NCBI GenBank assembly: GCA_964345505.1
Contig: CAYFRR010000001.1
Location: forward strand, 13,322 to 77,321
Direction: 5' to 3'
Length of the DNA stretch: 64,000 bases
Source: an uncultured Rhodothermales bacterium
GTDB taxonomy: Bacteria; Bacteroidota; Rhodothermia; Rhodothermales; Salinibacteraceae
The translations under genes were made by a program, and so were the position numbers. The notes beneath the pieces were generated by a model. That model ran no database searches. It was not told the origin of the DNA and saw only the letters and a list, made by a program, of their open reading frames with translations. Shown in pieces: positions 27,973 through 37,598 of this stretch (position 1 is its first letter; the number at the start of each line of letters is the position of its first letter).

Positions 27973-28008
27973 AAAAAAAGCCGAGGGCGCTCGTGCGCCC
28001 TCGGCTTT
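27973..28008 (-). terminator. intrinsic terminator downstream of the fasciclin gene
   Basis: On the minus strand: AAAGCCGAGGGCGC-ACGA-GCGCCCTCGGCTTT followed by a T run (plus strand shows aaaaaaagccgagggcgctcgtgcgccctcggcttt). Confidence 0.7.
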
Positions 28009-28064
28009 CCGCTATACCGTCCGGCACTGTGGCCGGGCAAGGTGATGTCTACTTTTCGTAGTGT

Positions 28065-28646
28065 TTACTCTTGCGGGGGCATAAGTACAGCGTCAATCAC
28101 GTGGATCACGCCGTTGTCACCCATCAGATCAACTGCAGTGACGTTGGCGTCATTGATCATGACATTGCCATCGTCATCGACACTGATCTGGATATCTTCG
28201 CCTTGCACAGTCGCTGCCGATTCCAGGTCAACGACATCTGCGGAGGTCACCTCGCCGCTGACGACGTGGTAGGACAGGATGTCAGCGAGCTGGTCTTGGT
28301 TTTCCTCTTGAAGCAGCTCATCGAGGGTGCCCTCCGGGAGAGCGTCGAACGCTTCGTTGGTAGGAGCAAAAACCGTGAAGGGACCAGGGCCAGCCAGCGT
28401 TTCGTCGAGCCCCGTGGCGCCCAGGGCCGTCACGAGCGTTTCGAACCGCTCGTCACCAGCAGCGATGTCAACAATCGTTTGTGCTGGCTCGTCCTCCGTC
28501 ATGGTCTCCTCTTCCGTCTCGCCGGTCTCCGGCGTGTCCTCCGGGGCCTCGCAAGCGGTGATGGTAAACAGCAGGGCCACGACGGCCATGATACCGGTGG
28601 CGCGGCCAAGCCAGCGCTGCCACGATGTGTTGCGATCAAAAATCAT
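28065..28646 (-). CDS. fasciclin (FAS1) domain lipoprotein/secreted protein
   Basis: Signal/lipobox-like LLFTITAC and FAS1 motifs FTVFAPTNEAFDALP and VIHVIDAVLMP. Confidence 0.85.
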   Translation of the reverse strand: MIFDRNTSWQRWLGRATGIMAVVALLFTITACEAPEDTPETGETEEETMTEDEPAQTIVDIAAGDERFETLVTALGATGLDETLAGPGPFTVFAPTNEAFDALPEGTLDELLQEENQDQLADILSYHVVSGEVTSADVVDLESAATVQGEDIQISVDDDGNVMINDANVTAVDLMGDNGVIHVIDAVLMPPQE

Positions 28647-28895
28647 AAGTTTCCTCCTGTGGATCGATTATGCAATAGGTCGGGTGAGAGTGTCCAAAGG
28701 TAGCTGCCGGACACCAGATTTACAATGTGCGTGTGCTTCTTTGTATACCTTAATACAAATTTGTGCACAGCAACCACGAGTATCGACGCCTCATGATGCG
28801 TTTCCCGATGTCCATACAGTACTCGTTTGCAATAATGTTACGCTTATGCGCATCGTGTGCATCGTATTGCACGCGATTGCATGCTGGATCTACGA

Positions 28896-29213
28896 TTACT
28901 CCTGTCCAGCCTTTTCCATCTGAAGCTGGCTACAGACCAACACGCAGAGCGCTGATAATATGGGGTCAGCGATAGAGTAGAAGGCATAGAGTCCTTCCTT
29001 GCGGCGGTGGACCAGATTATGCTCGGCCAACCGCTTCAGGTGTTTGCTGACGTTCGCCTGATGTTGGCCTGTAGCCTTGGAGAGCTGTTGAACGTTCATC
29101 TCGCCACCCACGTGCAGCTGGTTGAGCAGCTGAAGACGCACGGGTTCGCTGAGCAGATGAAACCGCCGGGACACTTGTTCGAGGAGGGGGGGAGGAATGA
29201 GCTGGTCGGTCAT
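28896..29213 (-). CDS. ArsR/SmtB-family transcriptional regulator
   Basis: Winged-helix region LSEPVRLQLL..VQQLSKATGQHQANVSKHLKRLAEHNLV. The only two Cys lie in a C-terminal CVLVC. Confidence 0.85.
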   Translation of the reverse strand: MTDQLIPPPLLEQVSRRFHLLSEPVRLQLLNQLHVGGEMNVQQLSKATGQHQANVSKHLKRLAEHNLVHRRKEGLYAFYSIADPILSALCVLVCSQLQMEKAGQE

Positions 29214-29485
29214 GGTAGCAGCTTATTTAACGAAACAGGGCCTGCTATATATGTACAACGGGTTGAATAGATGCAATACGGCCCAATCCACCATTTCGCA
29301 CCATGAATGAGCATCTTTACCCCACAGGCGCGAAGCCGGCGCGATACCACCGATTTCTTCATCATTCCTTTGTCTTTAAAGGACGGAACCGTACAACCTG
29401 TGCTTTATATAACTGGCCAGATTTACTTGTTACTACAGATGACAACAATCAGTATCCTCGTCACGGAACGCCCTTCTACAACGCT

Positions 29486-30049
29486 ATGATTGAATTTATC
29501 TCCCAACCTTGGCCCTGGTACGTTGCCGGTCCGCTTATCGGGCTTATCGTGCCGATGTTGCTGCTCCTTGGCGGTAAGCAGTTTGGCATCTCGGCCAACC
29601 TCCGCCATGCTTGTGCCGCTACCCTTCCCGGGCAGGTCGAGTTCTTCAAGTATGACTGGAAGCAGAGCGGCCTTTGGAATCTGGTCTTCTCTGGAGGAAT
29701 CATTCTTGGAGCCATCATCGCATCCACGGTGTTTGCAAACCCAGACCCGTTTATTGACATTGCCTCATCCACGCGCGCGGATCTGGAGGCGCTCGGCGTC
29801 ACCACCTTCGAGGGGCTGGTGCCGGCTCAGGTGTTTTCCTGGGAAGGCCTGCTGAGCGTGCCGGGTATGGTCATGATCATCCTTGGAGGGTTTCTGGTAG
29901 GGTTTGGCTCGCGCTACGCGGGCGGCTGCACCTCGGGACACGCTATTTCTGGACTGGCTGACCTGCAGGTGCCATCACTCGTCGCCGTAATCGGCTTTTT
30001 CATCGGCGGATTGACGACAACGTACCTCATCCTGCCGCTCTTGCTGTAG
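29486..30049 (+). CDS. YeeE/YedE-family sulfur-compound transporter component
   Basis: Polytopic membrane protein with RYAGGCTSGH motif. Start at MIEFISQPW (29486); the ORF extends to 29303. Confidence 0.8.
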   Translation: MIEFISQPWPWYVAGPLIGLIVPMLLLLGGKQFGISANLRHACAATLPGQVEFFKYDWKQSGLWNLVFSGGIILGAIIASTVFANPDPFIDIASSTRADLEALGVTTFEGLVPAQVFSWEGLLSVPGMVMIILGGFLVGFGSRYAGGCTSGHAISGLADLQVPSLVAVIGFFIGGLTTTYLILPLLL

Positions 30050-30103
30050 TCCGCGGCTCCACCGATGCCTCGTTCGTTTTTACCTTTTTGATTGATACAT
30101 TCC

Positions 30104-30586
30104 ATGGCACAGTCCACGCAATCTACTTCCTCCGCGCCAGCAACCCGCACCGACCAGCGCCTGGGCGCCCTCCTGCTGTATATGCTTGTCGGTGTATTCT
30201 TTGGTATCATTCTGATTAAGAGTGAGGTCGTTTCCTGGTTTAGGATTCAGGAGATGTTTCGCTTTCAAGCCTTCCACATGTATGGCATCATCGGAAGCGC
30301 CATTGTGGTCGCGGCTGCGTCGGTGCAGGCGATCAAGCGCTTCAACGTGACTGACCGTGACGGGCAGCCCATTGTCATCCCGCCGAAAAAGTGGGAAGGC
30401 CTGGGAACGCGCTACTGGCTGGGCGGCATCATCTTTGGCCTTGGCTGGGCGCTGCTGGGCGCCTGCCCAGGACCCATATTCGCTCTGTTTGGCGCGGGCG
30501 TTACCGTTATCATCGTGGCCTTACTTTCTGCACTGGCGGGCACCTGGGCCTATGCCTACCTACGGCCTAAACTGCCGCATTACTAA
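30104..30586 (+). CDS. YeeE/YedE-family membrane protein (second half-transporter)
   Basis: Hydrophobic 160-aa ORF with LGWALLGACPGP motif, immediately downstream of the first YeeE/YedE gene. A TTG at 30092 is an alternative start. Confidence 0.75.
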   Translation: MAQSTQSTSSAPATRTDQRLGALLLYMLVGVFFGIILIKSEVVSWFRIQEMFRFQAFHMYGIIGSAIVVAAASVQAIKRFNVTDRDGQPIVIPPKKWEGLGTRYWLGGIIFGLGWALLGACPGPIFALFGAGVTVIIVALLSALAGTWAYAYLRPKLPHY

Positions 30587-30673
30587 GCCGCGCCCCCATG
30601 CCTGCGCGGGCCCACCGCGCCAGTGGTAACAGGCGACACCTTCATCAGCATTCCACACCAACCTCTTACACCC

Positions 30674-32113
30674 ATGTATTTCCGTCAGATATTCGACGAC
30701 AAGCTCGCGCAGTACGCCTACCTCATTGGCTGTCAGCAGACAGGCGAAGCCGTCGTCATCGACCCCGAGCGTGACATCGATCAGTACGTTGATCTGGCTG
30801 AGCGTGAGGGACTCACCATCACGGCCGTTACCGAAACCCATATCCACGCCGACTTCCTCTCCGGGGCACGTGAGTTTGCTGAAGCCTACCCGGATGTGAA
30901 GCTCTACCTTTCGGACGAAGGGGATGAGAACTGGAAGTACCTTTGGCCGAAGGGTGAAGATTATGACGTCACCTATCTCACCGATGGTGACTCCTTCAAG
31001 GTCGGTAATATTGAAGTCGCGGCGGTCCACACGCCCGGCCACACGCCAGAGCACCTTACCTTCAAGATAACAGACCACGGCGGCGGCGCGACCGAGCCGA
31101 TGGGGATTGCTACGGGTGACTTCGTATTCGTGGGCGATCTCGGCCGGCCAGATCTGTTGGAGTCCGCTGCCAAGGTAGAGGGGATGATGGAGCCCTCCGC
31201 ACGGAAGCTCTACAAGACAGTGCAAAACTTCCTGTCCATGCCGGACCACATGCAGATCTGGCCGGGTCATGGCGCAGGCTCTGCGTGCGGTAAGGCGCTG
31301 GGCGCTGTGCCGCAGACGACGGTGGGGTATGAGCGTGCCACCAACCCGATGCTTGAGGCCGCAGAGCGCGGAGAAGATGCCTTCGTTACCGCCATTCTGG
31401 AAGGCCAACCGGAGCCCCCGCTGTACTTCGCACGGATGAAGCAGCTCAACAAAGAAGGTGCGCCCGTGCTCGGTGGCCTGCCGGAGCCGTCGGAAGTTGA
31501 TGTAGACGGACTGGTTGACGTCGCAGCGGATGATGATATGGTTGTGGTTGATACGCGGACCGACCGGACCGCCTTTGCCGGTGCGCACATTCCGGGGGCC
31601 ATCTACTCGCCACTGACGCGTGCGTTTAACACGGCCATAGGTTCGGCACTGACCGATGCCGAGACGCCGCTCACGCTGATTATCGATGCGGATGACGTAG
31701 AAGAGGCTGTGCGCGACCTGATCCGCATCGGCTTCGACAACATTGTGCACTTCGCTACGCCGGAGACCCTGGCAGCTTACGTAGAAGCCGGACACCCGAC
31801 GGCGTCGCTCCGCACGGCGATGACGACCGACCTGGACACCCTACGGGCCAGTGATGATGCGACGGTGCTTGATGTACGGTATGCGTCGGAGTACAACGCA
31901 GACCACGTGCCGGATGCGCTGAACTCGTCCTATACGCGCCTTGCCGAGAACCTCGACACGCTGCCGGAGGACAAGCACTTGCTGGTGCACTGTGGCAGTG
32001 GCGCCCGCGCCTCGGTGGCCAGCTCACTGCTGGCGCGCGAGGGCTTCGAGGTTACCCTTGTAGACGGCGAGTTTGCCGACTACCGCGAAGCCTCCAAAGC
32101 ACAGCTGGCGTAA
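30674..32113 (+). CDS. persulfide dioxygenase (PDO, MBL fold) fused to two rhodanese domains (CstB/Blh-like)
   Basis: THIHADFLSG metal motif, HTPGHTPEH, and C-terminal rhodanese active-site loop HCGSGARAS. Start at MYFRQIF (30674). Confidence 0.9.
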   Translation: MYFRQIFDDKLAQYAYLIGCQQTGEAVVIDPERDIDQYVDLAEREGLTITAVTETHIHADFLSGAREFAEAYPDVKLYLSDEGDENWKYLWPKGEDYDVTYLTDGDSFKVGNIEVAAVHTPGHTPEHLTFKITDHGGGATEPMGIATGDFVFVGDLGRPDLLESAAKVEGMMEPSARKLYKTVQNFLSMPDHMQIWPGHGAGSACGKALGAVPQTTVGYERATNPMLEAAERGEDAFVTAILEGQPEPPLYFARMKQLNKEGAPVLGGLPEPSEVDVDGLVDVAADDDMVVVDTRTDRTAFAGAHIPGAIYSPLTRAFNTAIGSALTDAETPLTLIIDADDVEEAVRDLIRIGFDNIVHFATPETLAAYVEAGHPTASLRTAMTTDLDTLRASDDATVLDVRYASEYNADHVPDALNSSYTRLAENLDTLPEDKHLLVHCGSGARASVASSLLAREGFEVTLVDGEFADYREASKAQLA

Positions 32114-32191
32114 GGCCGTGTGCTGTGAAACTACTCCCGGACGACCCATGGCGTGGCTGTTCGGGAGTTTCTTTTTGTCTGATGACTGAAG

Positions 32192-33937
32192 ATGTGCGTC
32201 ATGCGCTCCCTCCTCCAACAGTTTTTTCCGCCCCTTGAATGGGGGCCGTCATACTCGCGGAAGCAGCTCTACGGTGACCTCTCCGCAGGGCTGACCGTGG
32301 GTGTGATGCTAATCCCGCAGGGCATGGCGTATGCCCTGATTGCTGGGATGCCCCCTATCTACGGGCTGTATGCATCGCTCGTACCGCTGATAATCTATGC
32401 CCTGATGGGCACGTCTCGGCAGCTTGCTGTAGGGCCCGTTGCCATGGTGTCGCTGCTTGTGGCTGCTGGTGTAGCGCCGCTGGCCGATGGCGACGTCGAT
32501 CGTTACATCATGCTGTCGCTGATGTTGGCGTTGATGGTTGGGGTCTTGCAGTTTGGATTAGGCCTCCTGCGGTTTGGGTTTCTGGCCAACTTTTTATCGC
32601 ATCCGGTGCTTAGCGGGTTTACCTCGGCCGCTGCCCTCATCATTGGGTTTAGCCAGTTGAAGCACCTGCTTGGGGTCGACCTGCCCCAGTCGATCTATGT
32701 CCACGAGATCATCTGGTCGGCCGTGCAGCAGGCGGCAGATATCCACCTGCTGACGCTGGCCATCGGCGTTGGCAGCATCGCCCTGCTCTTGGGCCTCCGT
32801 CACCTGAATCCGCGATTGCCGGGCCCACTGGTGGTCGTCGTCATCGCAACGGTGACGGTGTGGGCGGCCGGGTTTGCCTCTCAGGACGTATCTATCGTAG
32901 GGGAGGTGCCGGCAGGGTTGCCCGGACTGGTTATCCCAGTGGTTGATTGGGCCGACGTGCAGGCGCTGGCACCAGTGGCCGTTGTGATTTCGCTGGTCGG
33001 TTTCATGGAGTCCATTGCCGTAGCCAAGGTGTATGCCTCGCAAAATGGCTATGAGGTAGACGCCAACCAGGAACTGGTGGCTTTGGGCGCAGCTAACATC
33101 GGTGGCGCGTTCTTTCAGTCGTTTCCCGTCACCGGCGGGTTTTCGCGTACGGCTGTAAACGACCAGGCCGGAGCCGAATCCACGGGGGCTTCCCTGATCA
33201 GCGCGTTGCTCATCGGGGGGACCTTGCTGCTCCTTACCCCACTCTTTTATTACATGCCGCAAGCTGTGCTGGCTGCCATCGTGATGGTGGCGGTCTCTGG
33301 ACTATTCAATATCAAGGAAGCCCAGCACCTGTGGCGCACCGATCGGAAGGACTTCGGGTTGCTGGTGCTGACGTTCGTCTCTACGCTCGCACTGGGGATT
33401 GAGGAAGGTATCCTTGTGGGCGTTGTGGGCTCGCTGCTCGTGGTGCTGTATCAGAGCTCGCGGCCGCATACGGTCGTCATGGGGCAACTGCCTGAGTCGA
33501 CCACCTACCGCGCCTCGGCACGCTACCCCGCAGCAGAAACCCGCGATGACGTGGTTATTGTCCGCATCGACGCGTCGCTCTACTTCGCGAACGCCAACCA
33601 CCTGAAGGATGCGCTGCGTGCTGTTCCGCACCGGACGCCCAAGCCACGAGCGGTGGTGCTGGACGCCTACCCGGTGAACACGATCGACTCCACAGCCATT
33701 CATGCCCTCCACGAGTTGGTGACCGAGCTTCGGCAGCAAGACATCACGTTTTTTGTGGCAGGCTGCAAGGGGCCGGTCCGCGACGCCATGGAGAAGGCCG
33801 GATTCGTGGATCATCTCGGGGAGGAGGCGTTCTTTCATGAGGTGCACGAAGCCGTGCGGGCTGCCCGGGCGGTTCAGCAGAGCACGGGCACAGAAGCTCC
33901 GGCTCCTAAAATAAGCGACGTGCAGGCCGAGGTGTAA
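32192..33937 (+). CDS. SulP-family anion transporter with C-terminal STAS domain
   Basis: 581 aa. The N-terminal motif DLSAGLTVGVMLIPQGMAYA is typical of SulP; the C-terminus is STAS-like. Confidence 0.9.
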   Translation: MCVMRSLLQQFFPPLEWGPSYSRKQLYGDLSAGLTVGVMLIPQGMAYALIAGMPPIYGLYASLVPLIIYALMGTSRQLAVGPVAMVSLLVAAGVAPLADGDVDRYIMLSLMLALMVGVLQFGLGLLRFGFLANFLSHPVLSGFTSAAALIIGFSQLKHLLGVDLPQSIYVHEIIWSAVQQAADIHLLTLAIGVGSIALLLGLRHLNPRLPGPLVVVVIATVTVWAAGFASQDVSIVGEVPAGLPGLVIPVVDWADVQALAPVAVVISLVGFMESIAVAKVYASQNGYEVDANQELVALGAANIGGAFFQSFPVTGGFSRTAVNDQAGAESTGASLISALLIGGTLLLLTPLFYYMPQAVLAAIVMVAVSGLFNIKEAQHLWRTDRKDFGLLVLTFVSTLALGIEEGILVGVVGSLLVVLYQSSRPHTVVMGQLPESTTYRASARYPAAETRDDVVIVRIDASLYFANANHLKDALRAVPHRTPKPRAVVLDAYPVNTIDSTAIHALHELVTELRQQDITFFVAGCKGPVRDAMEKAGFVDHLGEEAFFHEVHEAVRAARAVQQSTGTEAPAPKISDVQAEV

Positions 33938-34013
33938 GCCATGGCAGCAGGTGGTGCTCTATGAGCCCTCCTGTTGCATTATCTACCGTATTGACTACAG
34001 AAGCACAGACTAC

Positions 34014-34619
34014 ATGGATTCATGTTTTTGGGATGATCGATACGACGCCGAAGCGTATGCTTATGGTACCGACCCCAACGTTTTCCTTACGGATGCCATT
34101 AGTACGGTCCCAGCGGAGGCTACGGTCATAGAGCTGGGGGCGGGGGAGGGGCGCAACGCCGTATGGCTGGCCCAACAGGGCTATACCGTGACTGCGGTAG
34201 ACTATGCCTGGACGGGGCTGAAGAAAATGGAGCAGCTTGCCAGCCGGTTTGGGGTGGACGTGGAAACCGTAGAGGCCGATGTCATCACGTGGCGACCGGA
34301 GCGCACCTGGGACGTCCTCGTGGTGACCTTTCTACACGTCCTTCCCGATCAGCGCGCCTTACTCTTTGACCAAATGAAGCGCTTGGTTGCCCCAGGGGGA
34401 TGGATTCTGGCCGAGTGGTTTCGTCCGGCGCAGGTGGAGCAAGGGTATGAAAGCGGGGGGCCACCTCATGTGGATATGATGGTGAGCCAAGCAGAGTTGG
34501 AGCATGCGTTCCGCGAGGGGACATTCAGCAGGCTGGAGGAGGTCGAATACATGCTGGATGAAGGCCCGCACCACCAAGGCGAAGCCGCTACCGTCCAGAT
34601 GGTATGGCAGGCCCCGTAG
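34014..34619 (+). CDS. class I SAM-dependent methyltransferase (TehB-like size)
   Basis: Motif I VIELGAGEGRNAVWLAQQGYTVTAVD. Start at MDSCFWDDRY (34014). Confidence 0.8.
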   Translation: MDSCFWDDRYDAEAYAYGTDPNVFLTDAISTVPAEATVIELGAGEGRNAVWLAQQGYTVTAVDYAWTGLKKMEQLASRFGVDVETVEADVITWRPERTWDVLVVTFLHVLPDQRALLFDQMKRLVAPGGWILAEWFRPAQVEQGYESGGPPHVDMMVSQAELEHAFREGTFSRLEEVEYMLDEGPHHQGEAATVQMVWQAP

Positions 34620-34623
34620 CGAC

Positions 34624-34637
34624 GTAGCATGCTACGA
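34624..34637. terminator. perfect 14-nt palindrome between convergent genes (weak candidate bidirectional terminator)
   Basis: cgtagcatgctacg equals its own reverse complement. It lies 5 nt after the methyltransferase stop. The stem is short and there is no U tract. Confidence 0.25.
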
Positions 34638-34686
34638 CGTGCATCCACACAAGGCGGCCTCGTTCGCCCGCTTGCCACGTCACCTA

Positions 34687-35508
34687 TCAATCTCGAACAG
34701 GAAGAAAGAGCGTCGCATCCCCAGCCGAAAGCTGCAGTTCATCCACATGGCCCGAGCCCTCCGCTGCGGTGAGGATCGCGTGCACGTGAATATGATCGCC
34801 ATGATGGATGAACACCCCCTGATCTGCAGCGCTGCCCCAGAATCCGACCATCTGTACCGTAGCATCGGAGGCGGAAAACATCGCCTTTGCTTCCTGATGC
34901 GCTGCGCGGTCGTGCGGCCCATCTCCCTGGCGGTCCAGGATGTGGTAGGTTAAGCCCGCTGCCGTTCCCTCAACGCGAAACGGAAACGACGCCTCCGTTG
35001 AGAGACCAGCCGCCTCCGCCGCCTGGCGTACGTACGCCTCTAACTCCGGAAGGCTACGGATGTCCTCGGAGATGGGCTCGGATGCCCATGCCTCCGCAGC
35101 ACCATAGACCAGAAATACTGCGCGATGATCGAAGGAAGGTTCGGTTTGTGGTGCGCCCTCAGAGACCGCCGCGATGGACGGCACGCCGTTGTAAATGGTC
35201 ACTTCCCCCCGAAGCCCCGCAAGCGGCCCTACGGCAAAGAGACCAGTGTGGCGTTGCAGCGAGTCAAGCGCTACGTGCGGGGTCAGGTCCCCATCGCGCA
35301 TGACAGAGCGCATGGCCCCCCGATGCTGCACCCAGAACGCCGCAGGGGCTGACGACAAGTGAGGCGGTGGCAAGGGGTCTTCCGCGTGGAGCGTCGGGTG
35401 ATCGGGCGTTGAGCTCGTGTCACCTACTGGCCTGTCAGGACCATTGAATCCCGTTCCGGCAAGGAGAACGCACAGAAGTGAGCAAAGTAGGGGCCAGGTA
35501 ATCTGCAT
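34687..35508 (-). CDS. acetolactate-decarboxylase-like (AlsD-fold) protein with N-terminal hydrophobic signal
   Basis: LFAVGPLAGLRGEVTIYNG and IHVHAILTAAEGSGHVDEL resemble the AlsD GLGTF..LDGE and HxH..GGHVLD metal motifs. Start at MQITWPLLCSLLCVLLAG (35508). Confidence 0.6.
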   Translation of the reverse strand: MQITWPLLCSLLCVLLAGTGFNGPDRPVGDTSSTPDHPTLHAEDPLPPPHLSSAPAAFWVQHRGAMRSVMRDGDLTPHVALDSLQRHTGLFAVGPLAGLRGEVTIYNGVPSIAAVSEGAPQTEPSFDHRAVFLVYGAAEAWASEPISEDIRSLPELEAYVRQAAEAAGLSTEASFPFRVEGTAAGLTYHILDRQGDGPHDRAAHQEAKAMFSASDATVQMVGFWGSAADQGVFIHHGDHIHVHAILTAAEGSGHVDELQLSAGDATLFLPVRD

Positions 35509-35567
35509 CGGTTGACGGGATAAAAGTAGGGAGGAACGGTGTGCATTGAGGCTATGGCCTCCAGGCA

Positions 35568-36002
35568 TCAAAAGGTGAAGTACCGGACATCGGGCCGAAG
35601 CATGTGCTCCGCAATGGCTGGTGGCATGGCCGTACCGATGCCGTCTATGAGGTCCCCCTCGCCAAACTCGGTGTTGGGTAGGAAGATAGCGCAGACCTCA
35701 ACCACCTGCTCTTCTGCCATCAAGCCACGCAACAGCTCCTGCGGCGAGCGTCCGGCCGGTTCGAAGGTGGGGAAGTCCTCATCAGCGATGGCCAGCCGTC
35801 CGCCCGGCCCGCACAGTAATACGCGAACGGTTGCGCCCTGCCGCATCGACTGCGTGGCCAGTACCATGGCCATCATTTGGGTTTGGGCATCGTCCGAGGT
35901 CACCACGACGAACAGGTCATCCGTATCGTTCGCCTGTAGGGGCGAGGCGGTGGCGAAGAAGAGGAGGAGGGAGGTTGCCAGAAAGGCTAAAACAGTGCGC
36001 AT
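35568..36002 (-). CDS. DsrE/DsrF-like family protein with Sec signal peptide
   Basis: MRTVLAFLATSLLLFFATASPLQA signal. Core FVVVTSDD..AMVLA..VRVLLCGPGG..VEVCAIFL is DsrE-like. Confidence 0.6.
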   Translation of the reverse strand: MRTVLAFLATSLLLFFATASPLQANDTDDLFVVVTSDDAQTQMMAMVLATQSMRQGATVRVLLCGPGGRLAIADEDFPTFEPAGRSPQELLRGLMAEEQVVEVCAIFLPNTEFGEGDLIDGIGTAMPPAIAEHMLRPDVRYFTF

Positions 36003-36087
36003 ATGAACAAAAGGCTGGTGCGAGTGGGAAAAGTAAAAGCAACAGGGCGCAGGGCAAAGGGCCCCACGCCGCGCGCTGCATGGAGGG

Positions 36088-36270
36088 CTACGAACGGGCC
36101 TCCAGCTTGGACAGGCGCTCTTCGAGACGCTGGATACGGGCGCTCACCTGCTCGAGTTTGTCAAGTATCAAGATGTGCGTTTTCTCGGCGTCAATCCCAA
36201 CGGGACTTTCGGCCTGCGCAATGAGCCTGGCAAGCTCCTCGTAGCGTTTGGGTGTGATGTCAAATTCCAT
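36088..36270 (-). CDS. small coiled-coil hypothetical protein (60 aa)
   Basis: [34 protein letters not shown], positioned between the SQR and DsrE-like genes. The ORF extends to 36318. Confidence 0.4.
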   Translation of the reverse strand: MEFDITPKRYEELARLIAQAESPVGIDAEKTHILILDKLEQVSARIQRLEERLSKLEARS

Positions 36271-36351
36271 AAGACGGCAATGTCGATTGGGCAAAAGGCA
36301 ACACAATACGCACTCCACACCCGGCAGGCGCGGAGTGCGCTGACGCCATGC

Positions 36352-37557
36352 TTACGCCCGTCCTTTAAGCATGCCATGCCAGTAGAGGTTGGGCAGGCCG
36401 TTCTTCTTCATCAGGTACATGGAGTACCGCTCCTGCGACTGATCGAAGGGGAAGGTCTCCATAGGTTCACCTGTGTATCCGCTGAACTCGGCCAGTACCA
36501 GGCTGCCATAGCCGGTGACGAGGGGGCAGGAGGTGTAGCCGTCGTACTGCGCGTCCAAGGGTTGCCCATGCCGCAGCGCCTGCAGGTTCTTCACGACTGT
36601 TGGCGCTTGCTTGCGCACGGCCGCTCCGGTCTTCGAGGTTGGCAGGCTGCTGCAATCGCCAAGGGCAAACACGTTATCATACGTGTTGTGCTGCAAGGTG
36701 TACTTGTGGACGTCGACCCAGCCCTCTTCATTCGAGAGTGGACTCTCCTTCACGATATCCGGTGCACTCATCGGCGGCGTCACGTGGAGCAGGTCGTAGC
36801 TGAACGTAACGTCCTCCCCCTGATGATCGAAGGTGGCTTCCTTCCGGTCGGCATCAATGGCCTTCAGGTTATGCTCAAAGTGCGGTTTGAGGTCTTTCCG
36901 CTTAATGATTTGCTGCAGGGTCCGGGCGTACTTATTAACCGAAAAGATGCTTGGCTTGGCGGTGCAGAAAAAGATCTCGCTCTGCTCCCGCACGCCCTGG
37001 CGGCGGAACGCCTCATCGGCCAAATACATGATCTTCTGCGGCGCGCCGCCGCACTTGATGGCCGTCGCGGGCTGCGTAAAGATAGCCCGCCCACCAGAAA
37101 AATTCCGGAGGTTCTCCCAGGTTGAGTCTACGGTGTCATACGAGTAGTTACTGCAGACGCCCGTACCGGGCTTGCCTACAGATTCGGCCAACCCTGGGAT
37201 GTGATCCCAGTCCAGTTGGATACCCATGGCTACGACCAGGTAGTCGTACGTGAACGTGTGTCCCTGAGCTGTAGAGACGGTGTTTTTCCCGGGGGCAAAT
37301 TCCACGGCGCGGTCCTGAATCCAGTCGGCCCCCGGAGGAATGACCTCGGCCATGTCACGCGCGGAGGAGGCTTTTTCGACTGCTCCAGCACCTACAAGCG
37401 TCCAGATCGGCTGGTAGTAGTGCTTGGAGGCCGGGTCGATGATGCCGATGTCCGGCGCGTCGTCCGACTGTAAGAGTTGAGCAGCAACGGTAATGCCTGC
37501 GCTCCCGCCGCCAGCAATGAGTACGGTGTAGTGGTCTTTTGCAGGTGTGGTTTCCAT
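36352..37557 (-). CDS. sqr: sulfide:quinone oxidoreductase (SQR), type II-like
   Basis: [17 protein letters not shown] motif, [13 protein letters not shown] and [14 protein letters not shown], typical of SQRDL-type enzymes. Confidence 0.9.
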   Translation of the reverse strand: METTPAKDHYTVLIAGGGSAGITVAAQLLQSDDAPDIGIIDPASKHYYQPIWTLVGAGAVEKASSARDMAEVIPPGADWIQDRAVEFAPGKNTVSTAQGHTFTYDYLVVAMGIQLDWDHIPGLAESVGKPGTGVCSNYSYDTVDSTWENLRNFSGGRAIFTQPATAIKCGGAPQKIMYLADEAFRRQGVREQSEIFFCTAKPSIFSVNKYARTLQQIIKRKDLKPHFEHNLKAIDADRKEATFDHQGEDVTFSYDLLHVTPPMSAPDIVKESPLSNEEGWVDVHKYTLQHNTYDNVFALGDCSSLPTSKTGAAVRKQAPTVVKNLQALRHGQPLDAQYDGYTSCPLVTGYGSLVLAEFSGYTGEPMETFPFDQSQERYSMYLMKKNGLPNLYWHGMLKGRA

Positions 37558-37598
37558 GGCCTTGAAGGGTTGAATCAGTCAGAAGTAAGAGGGCGGCG

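Noticed and set aside
30560-31795. 411-aa minus-strand ORF
   Set aside because: It lies antisense to the well-supported PDO-rhodanese gene. The translation is Arg/Gly/Val-rich with no motifs, typical of a shadow ORF in high-GC DNA.
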